Below, in pieces: positions 1 to 10,149 of a DNA stretch of 64,000 bases (the stretch's first letter is position 1; each line of letters starts with the position of its first letter). A program made the translations under genes and the position numbers. The stretch covers positions 640,001 to 704,000 of the forward strand of contig CBDCXL010000002.1 of the NCBI GenBank assembly GCA_965223795.1. Direction: 5' to 3'. The notes below the pieces were generated by a model. It ran no database searches and was not told the DNA's origin. It saw only the letters and a list, made by a program, of their open reading frames with translations. The stretch comes from Nitrospinales bacterium. GTDB taxonomy: Bacteria > Nitrospinota > Nitrospinia > Nitrospinales > VA-1.

Positions 1-8
1 TAAAGACG

Positions 9-80
9 GTCTCGCGCAAAGCCGCGAAGACGCAAAGAAAAGCGAAAACTTAATACAGGATGACAGGATGAAATTCAGGA
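9..80. repeat. CGCAAAG/ACAGGAT-type intergenic repeat, copy 1
   Basis: gtctcgcgcaaagccgcgaag (9-29) is the reverse complement, with 1 mismatch, of cttcgcgtctttgcgcgagac (5594-5614). Tandem acaggat units at 55-69 recur at about 5517-5532. Confidence 0.6.
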
Positions 81-138
81 AAGCCTAATGATCCAGGTGA
101 ATCGAATATAAACTTATTCCCTACTTGGAAGGGTTGAA

Positions 139-722
139 ATGAATTTAAAAGTAAAACTTCTTACTTTTCTTATCACTTTTAGCATCAGTATTTCAATTCA
201 AGTAAGTCAAGTGAATGCTCAGGGTGTTTCCCGCGAAGATATTTTAAAATACGATCATGTTTCAATATATTACACACATCCTGACATCATTACTCATCCG
301 CTAATCACGATGTTGAATATTGAAGATCAGAGTCTCCATGAACTAGTTATTGGCAATGAAGAGCAAATTAAAATAATCAGAACTATTCTTAACAAGTCTT
401 TAGCTGATTATGAAAAATCCAATGTAAATCTCAGGATAATTAATAAATCCAGTATTTTTTAAAAGTTGTTTTTCATAAAGATATTTCATTAAAAGAAATT
501 TGGTATATAGACAGAAAGGGAAATTTTTTATGGGAAAAAGACAAAGAAATGTTCGGAAAAAATGAAAAAATTACCAATGATATGAAGGGTAAAGAAAAAA
601 TATCGCTTGCGATTACTCTTGAAGGCAAATTACCTAAAATACTCTTGGATGAATTAACTCAACAATGCGAACAAATGAGCGATATTGTGGATTTCAAATA
701 TCTAAGAAATAAAATTTATTAA
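139..722 (+). pseudogene. AT-rich exported hypothetical protein, apparently split by a frameshift near 447-462
   Basis: The signal-peptide ORF 139-462 stops in the run TTTTTTAAAA. The -1 frame is open from 447 to TAA 720-722, which overlaps the terC ATG. Confidence 0.5.
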
Positions 723-1507
723 TGATCGAATTATTCAGCCAACCGGAAGCGTGGGCTGCCCTCATTGCCTTGTCGGCAATGGAAATTGTCCTGGGCATCG
801 ACAATCTGATTTTCATCACCATCGTGACCAACCGATTGCCCGAATCGGAACGGCCGCTTGCGCGCCGCATCGGGTTTGGCCTGGCGCTTGGATTTCGCAT
901 TCTACTCCTGTTCACCATTGTCTGGCTCGCCGGGCTCACGGCCACGGTCTTCGACCTCGGGTGGAGCGGTCCGGTTGACGACCACGGCGAGCCGAGTTTT
1001 GAAACCGCTTTTTCGTGGCGGGATTTGATCTTGATCGCGGGTGGCATTTTTCTGGTCTGGAAAGCGACCACTGAAATCCATCACAAAGTGGACCCCACGC
1101 CGGCTTCGACCGTATTTGATGAAAAGAAGGCGAGCGCCTCTTTTTCGGCGGTGATCGTTCAAATCATTCTGCTCGACCTTGTTTTCTCGATCGACAGTAT
1201 TTTAACCGCCGTGGGAATGACGGATGAGATTCCGATCATGGTGATCGCGGTGGTGATCGCCGTTGCGCTGATGTACGTGGCCGCCGGGCCGTTATCGCGC
1301 TTCGTCAACAAAAACCCCACGGTGGTGATGCTGGCGCTCGCGTTTCTTTTGATGATCGGCATGGTGCTGATCGCGGACGGTTTTGGCCGGCATGTGCCCA
1401 AAGGCTATATCTATGCGGCAATGGCATTTTCGGTCTTTGTCGAATTTCTGAATTTACTCGCGCGCAAAAAAAGACGCGCAGCCCAACCCCCAAAGACACA
1501 AGCTTGA
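722..1507 (+). CDS. TerC family integral membrane protein
   Basis: Motifs [24 protein letters not shown] and PKGYIY; multiple TM segments. Confidence 0.92.
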   Translation: MIELFSQPEAWAALIALSAMEIVLGIDNLIFITIVTNRLPESERPLARRIGFGLALGFRILLLFTIVWLAGLTATVFDLGWSGPVDDHGEPSFETAFSWRDLILIAGGIFLVWKATTEIHHKVDPTPASTVFDEKKASASFSAVIVQIILLDLVFSIDSILTAVGMTDEIPIMVIAVVIAVALMYVAAGPLSRFVNKNPTVVMLALAFLLMIGMVLIADGFGRHVPKGYIYAAMAFSVFVEFLNLLARKKRRAAQPPKTQA

Positions 1508-1523
1508 ACATGCATATCTCTCC

Positions 1524-1778
1524 ATGAACTTCACTGATTTGCTCGGCTATGTGGCCGGGGGCCTCACGACCGCCGCATTCGTGCCTCAGGTGGTCAAGAC
1601 CTGGAAAACCAAATCGGCCGGGGACATTTCGCTGGGCATGTTTCTGATCTTCTTTTGCGGCGTCTCCTGCTGGCTGTTGTACGGGATCGCCCTCCGCTCC
1701 ACGCCGATCGTCCTCGCCAACCTCGCCACGCTGCTGCTGGCGGGCACGATTCTTTTCATGAAAATCCGATACAAGTGA
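1524..1778 (+). CDS. SemiSWEET (MtN3/PQ-loop) transporter
   Basis: 84 aa with 3 TM segments; TTAAFVPQVVKTWKTKSAGDIS motif. Confidence 0.9.
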   Translation: MNFTDLLGYVAGGLTTAAFVPQVVKTWKTKSAGDISLGMFLIFFCGVSCWLLYGIALRSTPIVLANLATLLLAGTILFMKIRYK

Positions 1779-1790
1779 AGACGTTTCCAT

Positions 1791-1823
1791 AAAAAAAGGC
1801 GGACTGCCTTGCGGCGGCCCGCC
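1791..1823 (-). terminator. Intrinsic terminator
   Basis: GC stem-loop followed by U7 on the minus strand; near-identical to 3549-3581. Confidence 0.75.
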
Positions 1824-1963
1824 CGATGATGATGGGTGGTTTTGATTCACTCGACCGGTTTTGAAGGGTGTTTGGTTTAATATTCACGGCAGCCGGGTCT
1901 ATCCCTGACCCGGCCGCATCCTTCCCTGCAAACGTCCATTGTTACTGTGAACGCCGCTTCGCT

Positions 1964-2287
1964 TTACTTCATTTTGAAGCGTTTTTCACGTTCCTTTTGA
2001 AAATCCGCGGAGGCTTCTTCCCTGCTGATATCCACGGTATTGCCTTTCCCTTTGAGTTCGCTCATGGATTGTTTGAGCTTGTCTCTGCAGGAATCGATCT
2101 TCTGCTCATTTTCAGCAGACTCGACACAGCTTTCAAATTTGTCCAGGGAAGAGCGCGTGTCCCGGACATCTGCCAAAGTATCGCTTTTCAGTTTCTGGAT
2201 ACCTTTTTCAGATCCTTCCTGGTCCATGGCATGAGCCGCTCCCTGGATCAGGAAAAACATCATCGAAGCAAGAATCAGTTTTTTCAT
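1964..2287 (-). CDS. Small exported hypothetical protein
   Basis: ATG 2287 with AAGGTG RBS; signal peptide MKKLILASMMFFLIQGAAHA; charged helical body with two Cys. Confidence 0.7.
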   Translation of the reverse strand: MKKLILASMMFFLIQGAAHAMDQEGSEKGIQKLKSDTLADVRDTRSSLDKFESCVESAENEQKIDSCRDKLKQSMSELKGKGNTVDISREEASADFQKEREKRFKMK

Positions 2288-2492
2288 TTTTATCACCTTG
2301 TTTAAACCCTTCGGGATAACAAACCGGACGGGAGCAAACAACTCCATCCCCATGAAAGCTGCTTGCAGCCATTCACCATTGGCCACCACATCATCGTATT
2401 GAGTGTTATTGTTCGACTGCGCTGGATCGTTTGCGCCGTGCTCCTGGAATGCCACGAATTCTCAGCTTGAGAGCACATGCGTGCCGGAATTG

Positions 2493-3164
2493 TTACCCCG
2501 CCATCCGGACCATTTCATCTCCGGATTTATTGCGCAAACGATCCATGAAAGGAGTCTGGAAATTCTGATTCACGAAATCCCATTGGATCCGCCGGCAGAT
2601 GCGGGTCAGGTACTCCTTGTCCTGGTTCTGGAAATCCAGGTAAAAGGCGTGTTCCCACATGTCGACCGCCAGCAGCGGGTGTAAATTCTGGGATAACGGA
2701 TTGTCGCCGTCGTGCGTGTTGAGGATGAACAGGGCGTTGTGTTTGTCTTTCACAAGCCAGGTCCAGCCTGAACCAAACGTGGAACTTGCCGTGTCGATGA
2801 GTTCTTGAAGGAACGCATCTTTATTTCCAAATTCGGCTTTGAGCGCCTTGGCAAGCCCCGGAGGAACCGGGACGTCCTCGACCGGCGACAGGCATTCCCA
2901 GTAAAACGCATGATTCCAGGCCTGAGCCGCCAGGTTGTAGATGTCTCCATCGAAGTTCTGGATGATTTCTTCCAGGCCTTGACAGTTTGAATCTGTATTC
3001 GGTTTTTGGCCGCCGTTCAGGGGATCGATTTTTTCAAGCTCTTCGTTGAGCTTGTCGACATAGCTTTTATGGTGGCCATGGTAGTGAATGTGAACCGTTC
3101 TTTCTGACAGCGCGGGCTTCAACTCATTTTCTTTAAACGGCAAGGGTTGCTGTTCAATTCTCAT
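2493..3164 (-). CDS. sodB: Fe/Mn superoxide dismutase
   Basis: HYHGHH, AAQAWNHAFYW, FGSGWTWL and DMWEHAFY motifs; GGAG RBS before ATG 3164 (alternative GTG at 3218). The AAQ motif is typical of FeSOD. Confidence 0.9.
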   Translation of the reverse strand: MRIEQQPLPFKENELKPALSERTVHIHYHGHHKSYVDKLNEELEKIDPLNGGQKPNTDSNCQGLEEIIQNFDGDIYNLAAQAWNHAFYWECLSPVEDVPVPPGLAKALKAEFGNKDAFLQELIDTASSTFGSGWTWLVKDKHNALFILNTHDGDNPLSQNLHPLLAVDMWEHAFYLDFQNQDKEYLTRICRRIQWDFVNQNFQTPFMDRLRNKSGDEMVRMAG

Positions 3165-3294
3165 GTAAGGGGTCTCCAGTTCATGGGCTGTAAAGTCCAA
3201 CGCAGAATTTGCCTTCACTCTGTTCGATTCAAACCATGAGCGCAGTGGTGCCTGAGAAACGTGCGCTGCCCGTTAAATCGATTTCACTGAATAG

Positions 3295-3310
3295 TGCAAG
3301 TAGCGTTCCA
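3295..3310 (-). promoter_or_regulatory. Sigma-54 (-24/-12) promoter upstream of sod
   Basis: Minus strand TGGAACGCTACTTGCA = GG-N10-GC. Confidence 0.65.
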
Positions 3311-3548
3311 CGTTGCAAGACATCTCGAACCGTTTATTAAACAAAGACGTTTTGAATTGAGCCCAACGCGGAAATTTGCAAAGCTGGTTGCTCTCAACCC
3401 TCATCCGGTGGATTTGGATTCCGGGTTTCATTGAACAGATCACTTTGCTTTGTGACGTTGCGGATGAATCGATTCTGGAAGGCGGGTTTTTACAATCAAG
3501 GGAGGAACCGCTCTTACAAGAAAGGAAGACTGGCAGGGAAAAAGAAAT

Positions 3549-3581
3549 AAAAAAAGGCGGACCGCCTTTCGGCGGCCCGCC
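3549..3581 (-). terminator. Intrinsic terminator after the cytochrome c gene
   Basis: GGCGGGCCGCC-GAAA-GGCGGTCCGCC followed by U7. Confidence 0.85.
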
Positions 3582-3602
3582 AGGGCTGGGGAGGTGGCAG
3601 CC

Positions 3603-4037
3603 CTATTTAACGAAACTGCTCTGGATGTATTTGACGACATCCCAGATCTCGTCGTCCTTCAGAGTTTTGCCGTGTGCCACCATGCCGGTTCCCGAAGAGC
3701 CGTTCTTGATGATGTGAAACATCTGGCCGGGGGAAACGCCTTTCATGCTTTCGGCGCAGGTGAAGTTGCGCGGCTTGGGTTTCAGGGCCGCGCCCAGTTT
3801 CCCGGTGCCGTCACCCTTGTCGCCGTGGCACATCTTGCAAGCCATCGGTTTGGCGGTCTTCGTGTAGATGAGCTTTCCCTTTTCTGCATCTGCACTTCCC
3901 GTTTTATCGAGCTTGGCCACGCTTGCCGGAGCGGATTTGGTTTTCCTGGGCTGGGGACATTGCCCACCGGCGTACGCGGAGCTTGCGACAAACAGGGTGA
4001 AGACCGCCAAAATCGTGAATGCCATTGTTTTTTTCAT
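3603..4037 (-). CDS. Periplasmic monoheme c-type cytochrome
   Basis: Signal peptide, CKMCH heme motif, distal Met in GTGM, two extra Cys; strong GAGGAGG RBS. Confidence 0.9.
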   Translation of the reverse strand: MKKTMAFTILAVFTLFVASSAYAGGQCPQPRKTKSAPASVAKLDKTGSADAEKGKLIYTKTAKPMACKMCHGDKGDGTGKLGAALKPKPRNFTCAESMKGVSPGQMFHIIKNGSSGTGMVAHGKTLKDDEIWDVVKYIQSSFVK

Positions 4038-4080
4038 GGAACTCCCTCCTCGTTAGGTTAGAAACGATTTGAATTGCGCC

Positions 4081-4887
4081 TCACTTTTTAGCCAATTCAA
4101 AGTCAGCCGTGGTGTCCTTGCCACCGGCCACGGTGATCTCCTGGGTCACTTCGCCCACATACGGATGCCAGGCCGTCACTTTGTACTTGCCGGCAGGGAT
4201 CTGGTCGATCTTGAACGATCCGTCTTTCCCGCTGACGGCGTAGTACGGGTTCCACACTACACGCGCGTCGGCTTCCATGAAGTTGTGCTGGTCGCACTGC
4301 AGAAAGAAATGTTTGTCTTTCTTTTTCTTCATGCGCTTGAAGGACTTGGTGACGTCCGCCACATCCCCCTTGCTGGGAAGGGGTTTGTTGAACAGGGTCT
4401 TCCTGTTCGCGCCCGCCACCGAGTAGCCGTGCGGGTTGTGCAGGATGTCCGGGTCCTGATTGGTGATCGTGACCAGGCCTTCCTTCATGCCCTTGGGCGT
4501 TTTCCGGACGATCGACACCTTGGGAAAGATGTCGCAATCTTTAAAATCGAAATTGACCGCTTCGGCGGACCAGGCTTTGCCCTTGGTGATGTCCTCGATG
4601 AAGATCACCGTGTCCCGGAGCTTGCCGTCGGTCACCACCACTTTCTGGCGGGGACGCATGTTGCCGTCCTTGGTGTCCGGATGCTGAGAGCAGAACTCCA
4701 CGTTCTTGCCCTTGCTGAGATCTTCCATGATCGGAGCCGGGGGTTCTCCTTTGAAACTGATGGTTCCAAGGATGGAACCCCCATCTTCCACGGCTCCTTC
4801 TTCGTATTTCGCTTTTTTCGCGAATGCGCTCGATGCCATGACAAGGGAAACCGCTGCAACAAATGTGAGTGTGAGTGTTTTTTTCAT
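4081..4887 (-). CDS. Periplasmic protein with cupredoxin-like and carboxypeptidase-regulatory-like domains
   Basis: Signal peptide; LHNPH and CDQHNFM (His...Cys-x2-His-x2-Met); C-terminal DGSFKIDQIPAGKYKVTAWHP. Confidence 0.75.
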   Translation of the reverse strand: MKKTLTLTFVAAVSLVMASSAFAKKAKYEEGAVEDGGSILGTISFKGEPPAPIMEDLSKGKNVEFCSQHPDTKDGNMRPRQKVVVTDGKLRDTVIFIEDITKGKAWSAEAVNFDFKDCDIFPKVSIVRKTPKGMKEGLVTITNQDPDILHNPHGYSVAGANRKTLFNKPLPSKGDVADVTKSFKRMKKKKDKHFFLQCDQHNFMEADARVVWNPYYAVSGKDGSFKIDQIPAGKYKVTAWHPYVGEVTQEITVAGGKDTTADFELAKK

Positions 4888-4933
4888 GGTCATCACCCCT
4901 TTCTATTGGCTTGTGTGAGGCCGAAGTTCCTCT

Positions 4934-5158
4934 TTACTTATCCGGCAGCACACCGTAATCGAACCAGTAATCGTCGTCCATGCCGGCCCATTCGCTGGGG
5001 GAAGGCCCCCGCTTGCCCTTGCGGGTCGAAACCTGAGGCCGGATGTCCTTGCCGATGCTGTTGAAGTAGTTGTCCCAGAAACGCTTGCTGGACTCTTTGC
5101 TCTTGATGACTTTCGTGAGTTTTCCTTTACCGTTGTAGATCCTCACCTCTTCAAACAT
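4934..5158 (-). CDS. Small hypothetical protein (EV.IY...GKL.KVI family)
   Basis: AAGGAGG RBS before ATG 5158; 74 aa; N-terminus similar to the ORF at 49955-50116. Confidence 0.7.
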   Translation of the reverse strand: MFEEVRIYNGKGKLTKVIKSKESSKRFWDNYFNSIGKDIRPQVSTRKGKRGPSPSEWAGMDDDYWFDYGVLPDK

Positions 5159-5310
5159 AACCGCCTCCTTCTCCCCTTGCGGGAACGTCGCTTTGACTTT
5201 GGCCGCACGATCGAAACGGTATTTCTTTTTGTGTCCTGTCCTTGACACGTTTTCCTGAAGTTATGTTTCAGGGCCCGTTGCTTCGATCCATGGGCGTCTA
5301 CCGGATATAG

Positions 5311-5326
5311 AGCAAGCGCCGTGCCG
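5311..5326 (-). promoter_or_regulatory. Sigma-54 promoter of the 5158-3603 unit
   Basis: Minus strand CGGCACGGCGCTTGCT, near-consensus GG-N10-GC. Confidence 0.8.
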
Positions 5327-5361
5327 CCGGATTCACGTCCCCCGCCAAAACGGAGAAACCC

Positions 5362-5471
5362 CATATATATCAATATTTTTATGCATATTTGTTGATAAAC
5401 TCGATTTAAGGAAATGTCTCAACACAGAGGGGAAATCCACCATATTGAGACAAAACGTCCCAAATTGAGAC
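5362..5471. promoter_or_regulatory. IHF-like AT tract and putative enhancer (UAS) repeats
   Basis: TATCAA-containing AT tract at 5362-5400; TGTCTCAA (5415-5422) and TTGAGACA (5445-5452) inverted pair; GTCCCAAATTGAGAC (5457-5471). Confidence 0.55.
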
Positions 5472-5514
5472 TGCCAGTTTGGGATTTTGGTGAGGAACTT
5501 TGAATGGAAAATCG

Positions 5515-5614
5515 GGACAGGATTTACAGGATAAAAGCAGACTCGCGCCAGGACGCAAAGACGCAAAGTGAAATATATAAACAAGAGAGGTGGCTTCGCG
5601 TCTTTGCGCGAGAC
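5515..5614. repeat. CGCAAAG/ACAGGAT-type intergenic repeat, copy 2
   Basis: acaggatttacaggat, then gacgcaaagacgcaaag, then cttcgcgtctttgcgcgagac; matches the repeat at the window start. Confidence 0.6.
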
Positions 5615-5628
5615 TTCCTTTTCCGTTG

Positions 5629-7047
<1,419 letters not shown>

Positions 7048-7245
7048 CGTTTTCGCTTCTGTTCTGGTTAATATAAGGATCGGTTCTCTAGCCGTGAAAT
7101 CCGGCATGGGACCCGGGCCCCGGCCGCCTGGATACGGGGGCGGTTGTCCCTTCGCAACGGGCGGAAACTGGGCTTTCGGCACACCCGTTTCATTTTAGCA
7201 GGGTTTTCCCGCCGCTTCTTTTTAGTTTAACAATAACCCATTAAA

Positions 7246-7323
7246 AATCAATCAATTAGAAACTTGCCAGCAGAGGGTGCCAGACCCCATATTATTGACA
7301 AGCCTGTTACCCGGACGTAACAC
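7246..7323 (+). promoter_or_regulatory. IHF site, sigma-70-like promoter and palindromic operator
   Basis: AATCAA-TCAA-TTA (7246-7258); TTGACA (7295-7300)-N17-TAACAC; TGTTAC-N6-GTAACA (7305-7322). Confidence 0.55.
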
Positions 7324-7392
7324 TTCCGTAACGGCTGTTTTATATATTAGGATGTCACTGTAACCCCTTCCATTCTCGGCTGGAACGCGATC

Positions 7393-9141
7393 ATGGGCAA
7401 GAATTCAACCATGCCTGAACAATTCGGGCGTCTCTGGTTCCTTTGTGTGCTGCTGCTCTGCCCGCCTTTGTTCGCGCAGTCGGCCATCGAAGCGCCGGAC
7501 GATGCGGCCCACAAAATAAAACGGCTGAACGAGATCGTCTACCTTTTGCAGCAGAAACAGGATTTCGCAAAAGCGGAACCCCTGGCGAACAAGGCGGTGG
7601 CCATTGCGGAAGCGCAGCTGGGTCCGGAACATCCACAGCTTGGGGCGGCGTTTCAGAATCTGGCGCACCTCAAACGGATGCAGGGCGATCTGGATGCCGC
7701 CGGCGATCTGTACACCCGCTCGCTGACAATCCAGGAAACGCATTTCGGCAAGGAGCATCCCTCGCTGCTGGCGGCGCTCGACGGCCTGGCGGCGGTGCAC
7801 CTCGCGCAAAACGACGACAACGCGGCCGAGCCGCTGCTGCTGCGCTCTTTGAAAATCAACGAAAAAAGGATGGGCCCCAACGACCGCGACCTCGGCCCCA
7901 CGGTTTCGCTTCTGGCGGCGCTTTATGAACGGCGCGGCGATACGGAACGGCTGGAGCCGCTGCTGCACCGCTCGCTCAAGATCGAGGGAAATGTGAAGGG
8001 ACCCTATGATCCCTCGTTGACGCCGATGGTGGAAAAACTCACCGCCATCTACCGGAAACAGAACAACACCGAAAAGGCGGAGCCGCTGCTCAAATGGCTG
8101 GTCCGGACCAGGGAGAAATCCCTGGGGCCCGATCATCCGGAACTGATCCCGGCGCTCGACAGGCTGGCGGCGCTGTATCTGGACCGGGAGAACGTCAACC
8201 AGGCGGAACCGCTGCTGTTGCGTCAGCTCAAGCTGCAGGAGGCCGCGCTGGGCGAGTCGCACCCTGACGTTGCGGTGACGCTGGAACGGCTCGCGGGTGT
8301 GTACGAGGCGCGCAAGGACCAGGTCAAGGCGAAGCCGATCCTGCTCCGGCTGCTCAGCCTTAAAGAAAACACGCTCGGCCCGGAACACCCGGAATTCGCC
8401 CGCATGCAGCATGAGCTTGCGGAACTGTACCACCGCACCGGCGATGCTTCCCGGGCGGAGGGGATGTACTGGAAGACGCTCAACCTGTACGAATCCACGC
8501 ACGGCAAGTCCCACGCCAAGGTGGCGTCGGTGCTGACGCCGCTCGCCATGCTGTATTTCGACCGCGGCGATCTGGGGGTGGCGGAGCCTCTGCTGCAGCG
8601 TTCTTTGAGGATCCAGGAGAATGCGGAGGACACCGACCCGCTCGAGTTGGCGGAGGTGCTGACGGAACTGGGAGAGCTGTACAGCCAGAAAGGCGATTTC
8701 TCCACCTCGGAGCCCTACCTGCTGCGGGCGCTGGACATCCAGGAGACGCACCGCGCACCGGACCATCCGCGCGTCGCGGTGCTGCTCGACAAACTGGCTT
8801 ACATCTACCGGACCAGCCGTTTTTACGACCGGGCCGAAATGCTTTACAAACGGGCTCTGGAAATCAAGGAAAAGAACCTGGGGCCGAATCACATGGATCT
8901 GACGGTCACGCTGGACGGTCTGGCGCATGTCTACCGGACGACCCGCGCGTACGGCAAAGTGGAGCCGCTTTACCTGCGGTCGATCGCGATTCGTGAAAGA
9001 CTTCTGGGCAAGCAGCATCCGGAGGTTGCGGTTTCCTTGAGAAAGCTGGCGGACTGGTACCGGGATCTGGGCAAACTCGCTCAGGCGCAGGCCCTGACCG
9101 ACCGGGCTTCGGCGATCATGAGCAAATCCGTCCGGCCCTGA
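7393..9141 (+). CDS. Exported TPR protein (kinesin-light-chain-like 42-aa repeats)
   Basis: About 12 repeats of the type LGPEHP...L..LA.LY...G....AEPLL.RSL; N-terminal signal peptide. Confidence 0.9.
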   Translation: MGKNSTMPEQFGRLWFLCVLLLCPPLFAQSAIEAPDDAAHKIKRLNEIVYLLQQKQDFAKAEPLANKAVAIAEAQLGPEHPQLGAAFQNLAHLKRMQGDLDAAGDLYTRSLTIQETHFGKEHPSLLAALDGLAAVHLAQNDDNAAEPLLLRSLKINEKRMGPNDRDLGPTVSLLAALYERRGDTERLEPLLHRSLKIEGNVKGPYDPSLTPMVEKLTAIYRKQNNTEKAEPLLKWLVRTREKSLGPDHPELIPALDRLAALYLDRENVNQAEPLLLRQLKLQEAALGESHPDVAVTLERLAGVYEARKDQVKAKPILLRLLSLKENTLGPEHPEFARMQHELAELYHRTGDASRAEGMYWKTLNLYESTHGKSHAKVASVLTPLAMLYFDRGDLGVAEPLLQRSLRIQENAEDTDPLELAEVLTELGELYSQKGDFSTSEPYLLRALDIQETHRAPDHPRVAVLLDKLAYIYRTSRFYDRAEMLYKRALEIKEKNLGPNHMDLTVTLDGLAHVYRTTRAYGKVEPLYLRSIAIRERLLGKQHPEVAVSLRKLADWYRDLGKLAQAQALTDRASAIMSKSVRP

Positions 9142-9260
9142 ACGGGGAGGCGAGGCAAATCATGGGGGATAGAAAACCGTTCCGGCCTCGGCCGGACAAC
9201 CACCGGCTTTGTGAAGCCCAGGTGGCATGACAAATCCTCATATTATCTCGGATGCACTCT

Positions 9261-10016
9261 ATGGGAATCAAACTCTGCCAGCAATGCGGTTACGAGGTCA
9301 GCCACAAAGCACGCACCTGCACCTGGTGCGGCTCCCCGATGAAAAACCGGAGACGGACGGTGCTTCTGATCGCCGCCGCCCTGCTCTGCCTCGCCGCGGG
9401 CCGGTTCTTCTGGAATGCGGATGAGCCCGTTGCCGTGATTCCGGCCACGCACAACAAACCGGCTTCCGTCGTCAACCTCGAGCAGCCGCCGGTGGATGGA
9501 ACGGAATTCGCCAGCCGGTTGTACGTGCAGGCCAAGGTGGTGAACCTGCGCAAGCATCCCACGACCAAATCCGAATCCTTGTGGAAGCTGATCCGCGGCC
9601 AGAAGCTGACGGAGCTGCACCGGGCCGGAAGCTGGGTGCAGGTGTTCCCGCACGACACCGGCGGCATCACCGGCTGGGTGCACCAGTCTCTGGTCGGGAA
9701 AAAAGACCCGCATATGAACAAATTCCGCACCACCCGCGCCGCCTTCCGGGAATTCCGCAAAGAGTTCAACCGGTTCAACAATGAAATAAAGCAATTGAAA
9801 GGCGTGGCCCTGTTCATGGGCGTTCACCTGGAGGGTCAGGACGAAGTGCAGGTGATGGCCACGAACGTTCTTCTGTCCGCACCGGGGCATTACCAGAAAA
9901 AATATCTGAACACCATCATCGAAATGTGGGCGGACGCGAAACACCACACCGGGCCCGTACGCGTGGCCCTGGTGGACGGCCAGGGCAAAAAAATACTGGA
10001 ATCGCAAAACCATTGA
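9261..10016 (+). CDS. Zinc-ribbon, TM and SH3b domain protein
   Basis: CQQC..CTWC; hydrophobic segment; VNLRKHP...WVQV...GWVHQSLV. Confidence 0.75.
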   Translation: MGIKLCQQCGYEVSHKARTCTWCGSPMKNRRRTVLLIAAALLCLAAGRFFWNADEPVAVIPATHNKPASVVNLEQPPVDGTEFASRLYVQAKVVNLRKHPTTKSESLWKLIRGQKLTELHRAGSWVQVFPHDTGGITGWVHQSLVGKKDPHMNKFRTTRAAFREFRKEFNRFNNEIKQLKGVALFMGVHLEGQDEVQVMATNVLLSAPGHYQKKYLNTIIEMWADAKHHTGPVRVALVDGQGKKILESQNH

Positions 10017-10149
10017 CGGTTTTTTGCACCGTTGCTTCCGGCCCGCCCGGGGTCCATTCTGCGATTTGCCACCCCTCACCGTGAAATCTGCGCGGCTGAG
10101 GTGACGCCCCCCTTCTCAAACGCCCGCAGTTCCTCTAGAATATCCCGCT

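Noticed and set aside
7405..9018. Long antisense or alternate-frame ORFs (e.g. 7405-9018, 10174-11727, 38837-40564, 44014-45822, 51304-53280, 57500-59557)
   Set aside because: Shadow ORFs caused by high GC3 in the real genes; no recognisable motifs.
7393..9141. TPR repeats as a DNA-level tandem repeat or diversity-generating target
   Set aside because: The repeats are divergent at the nucleotide level, and there is no reverse transcriptase or template repeat in the window.
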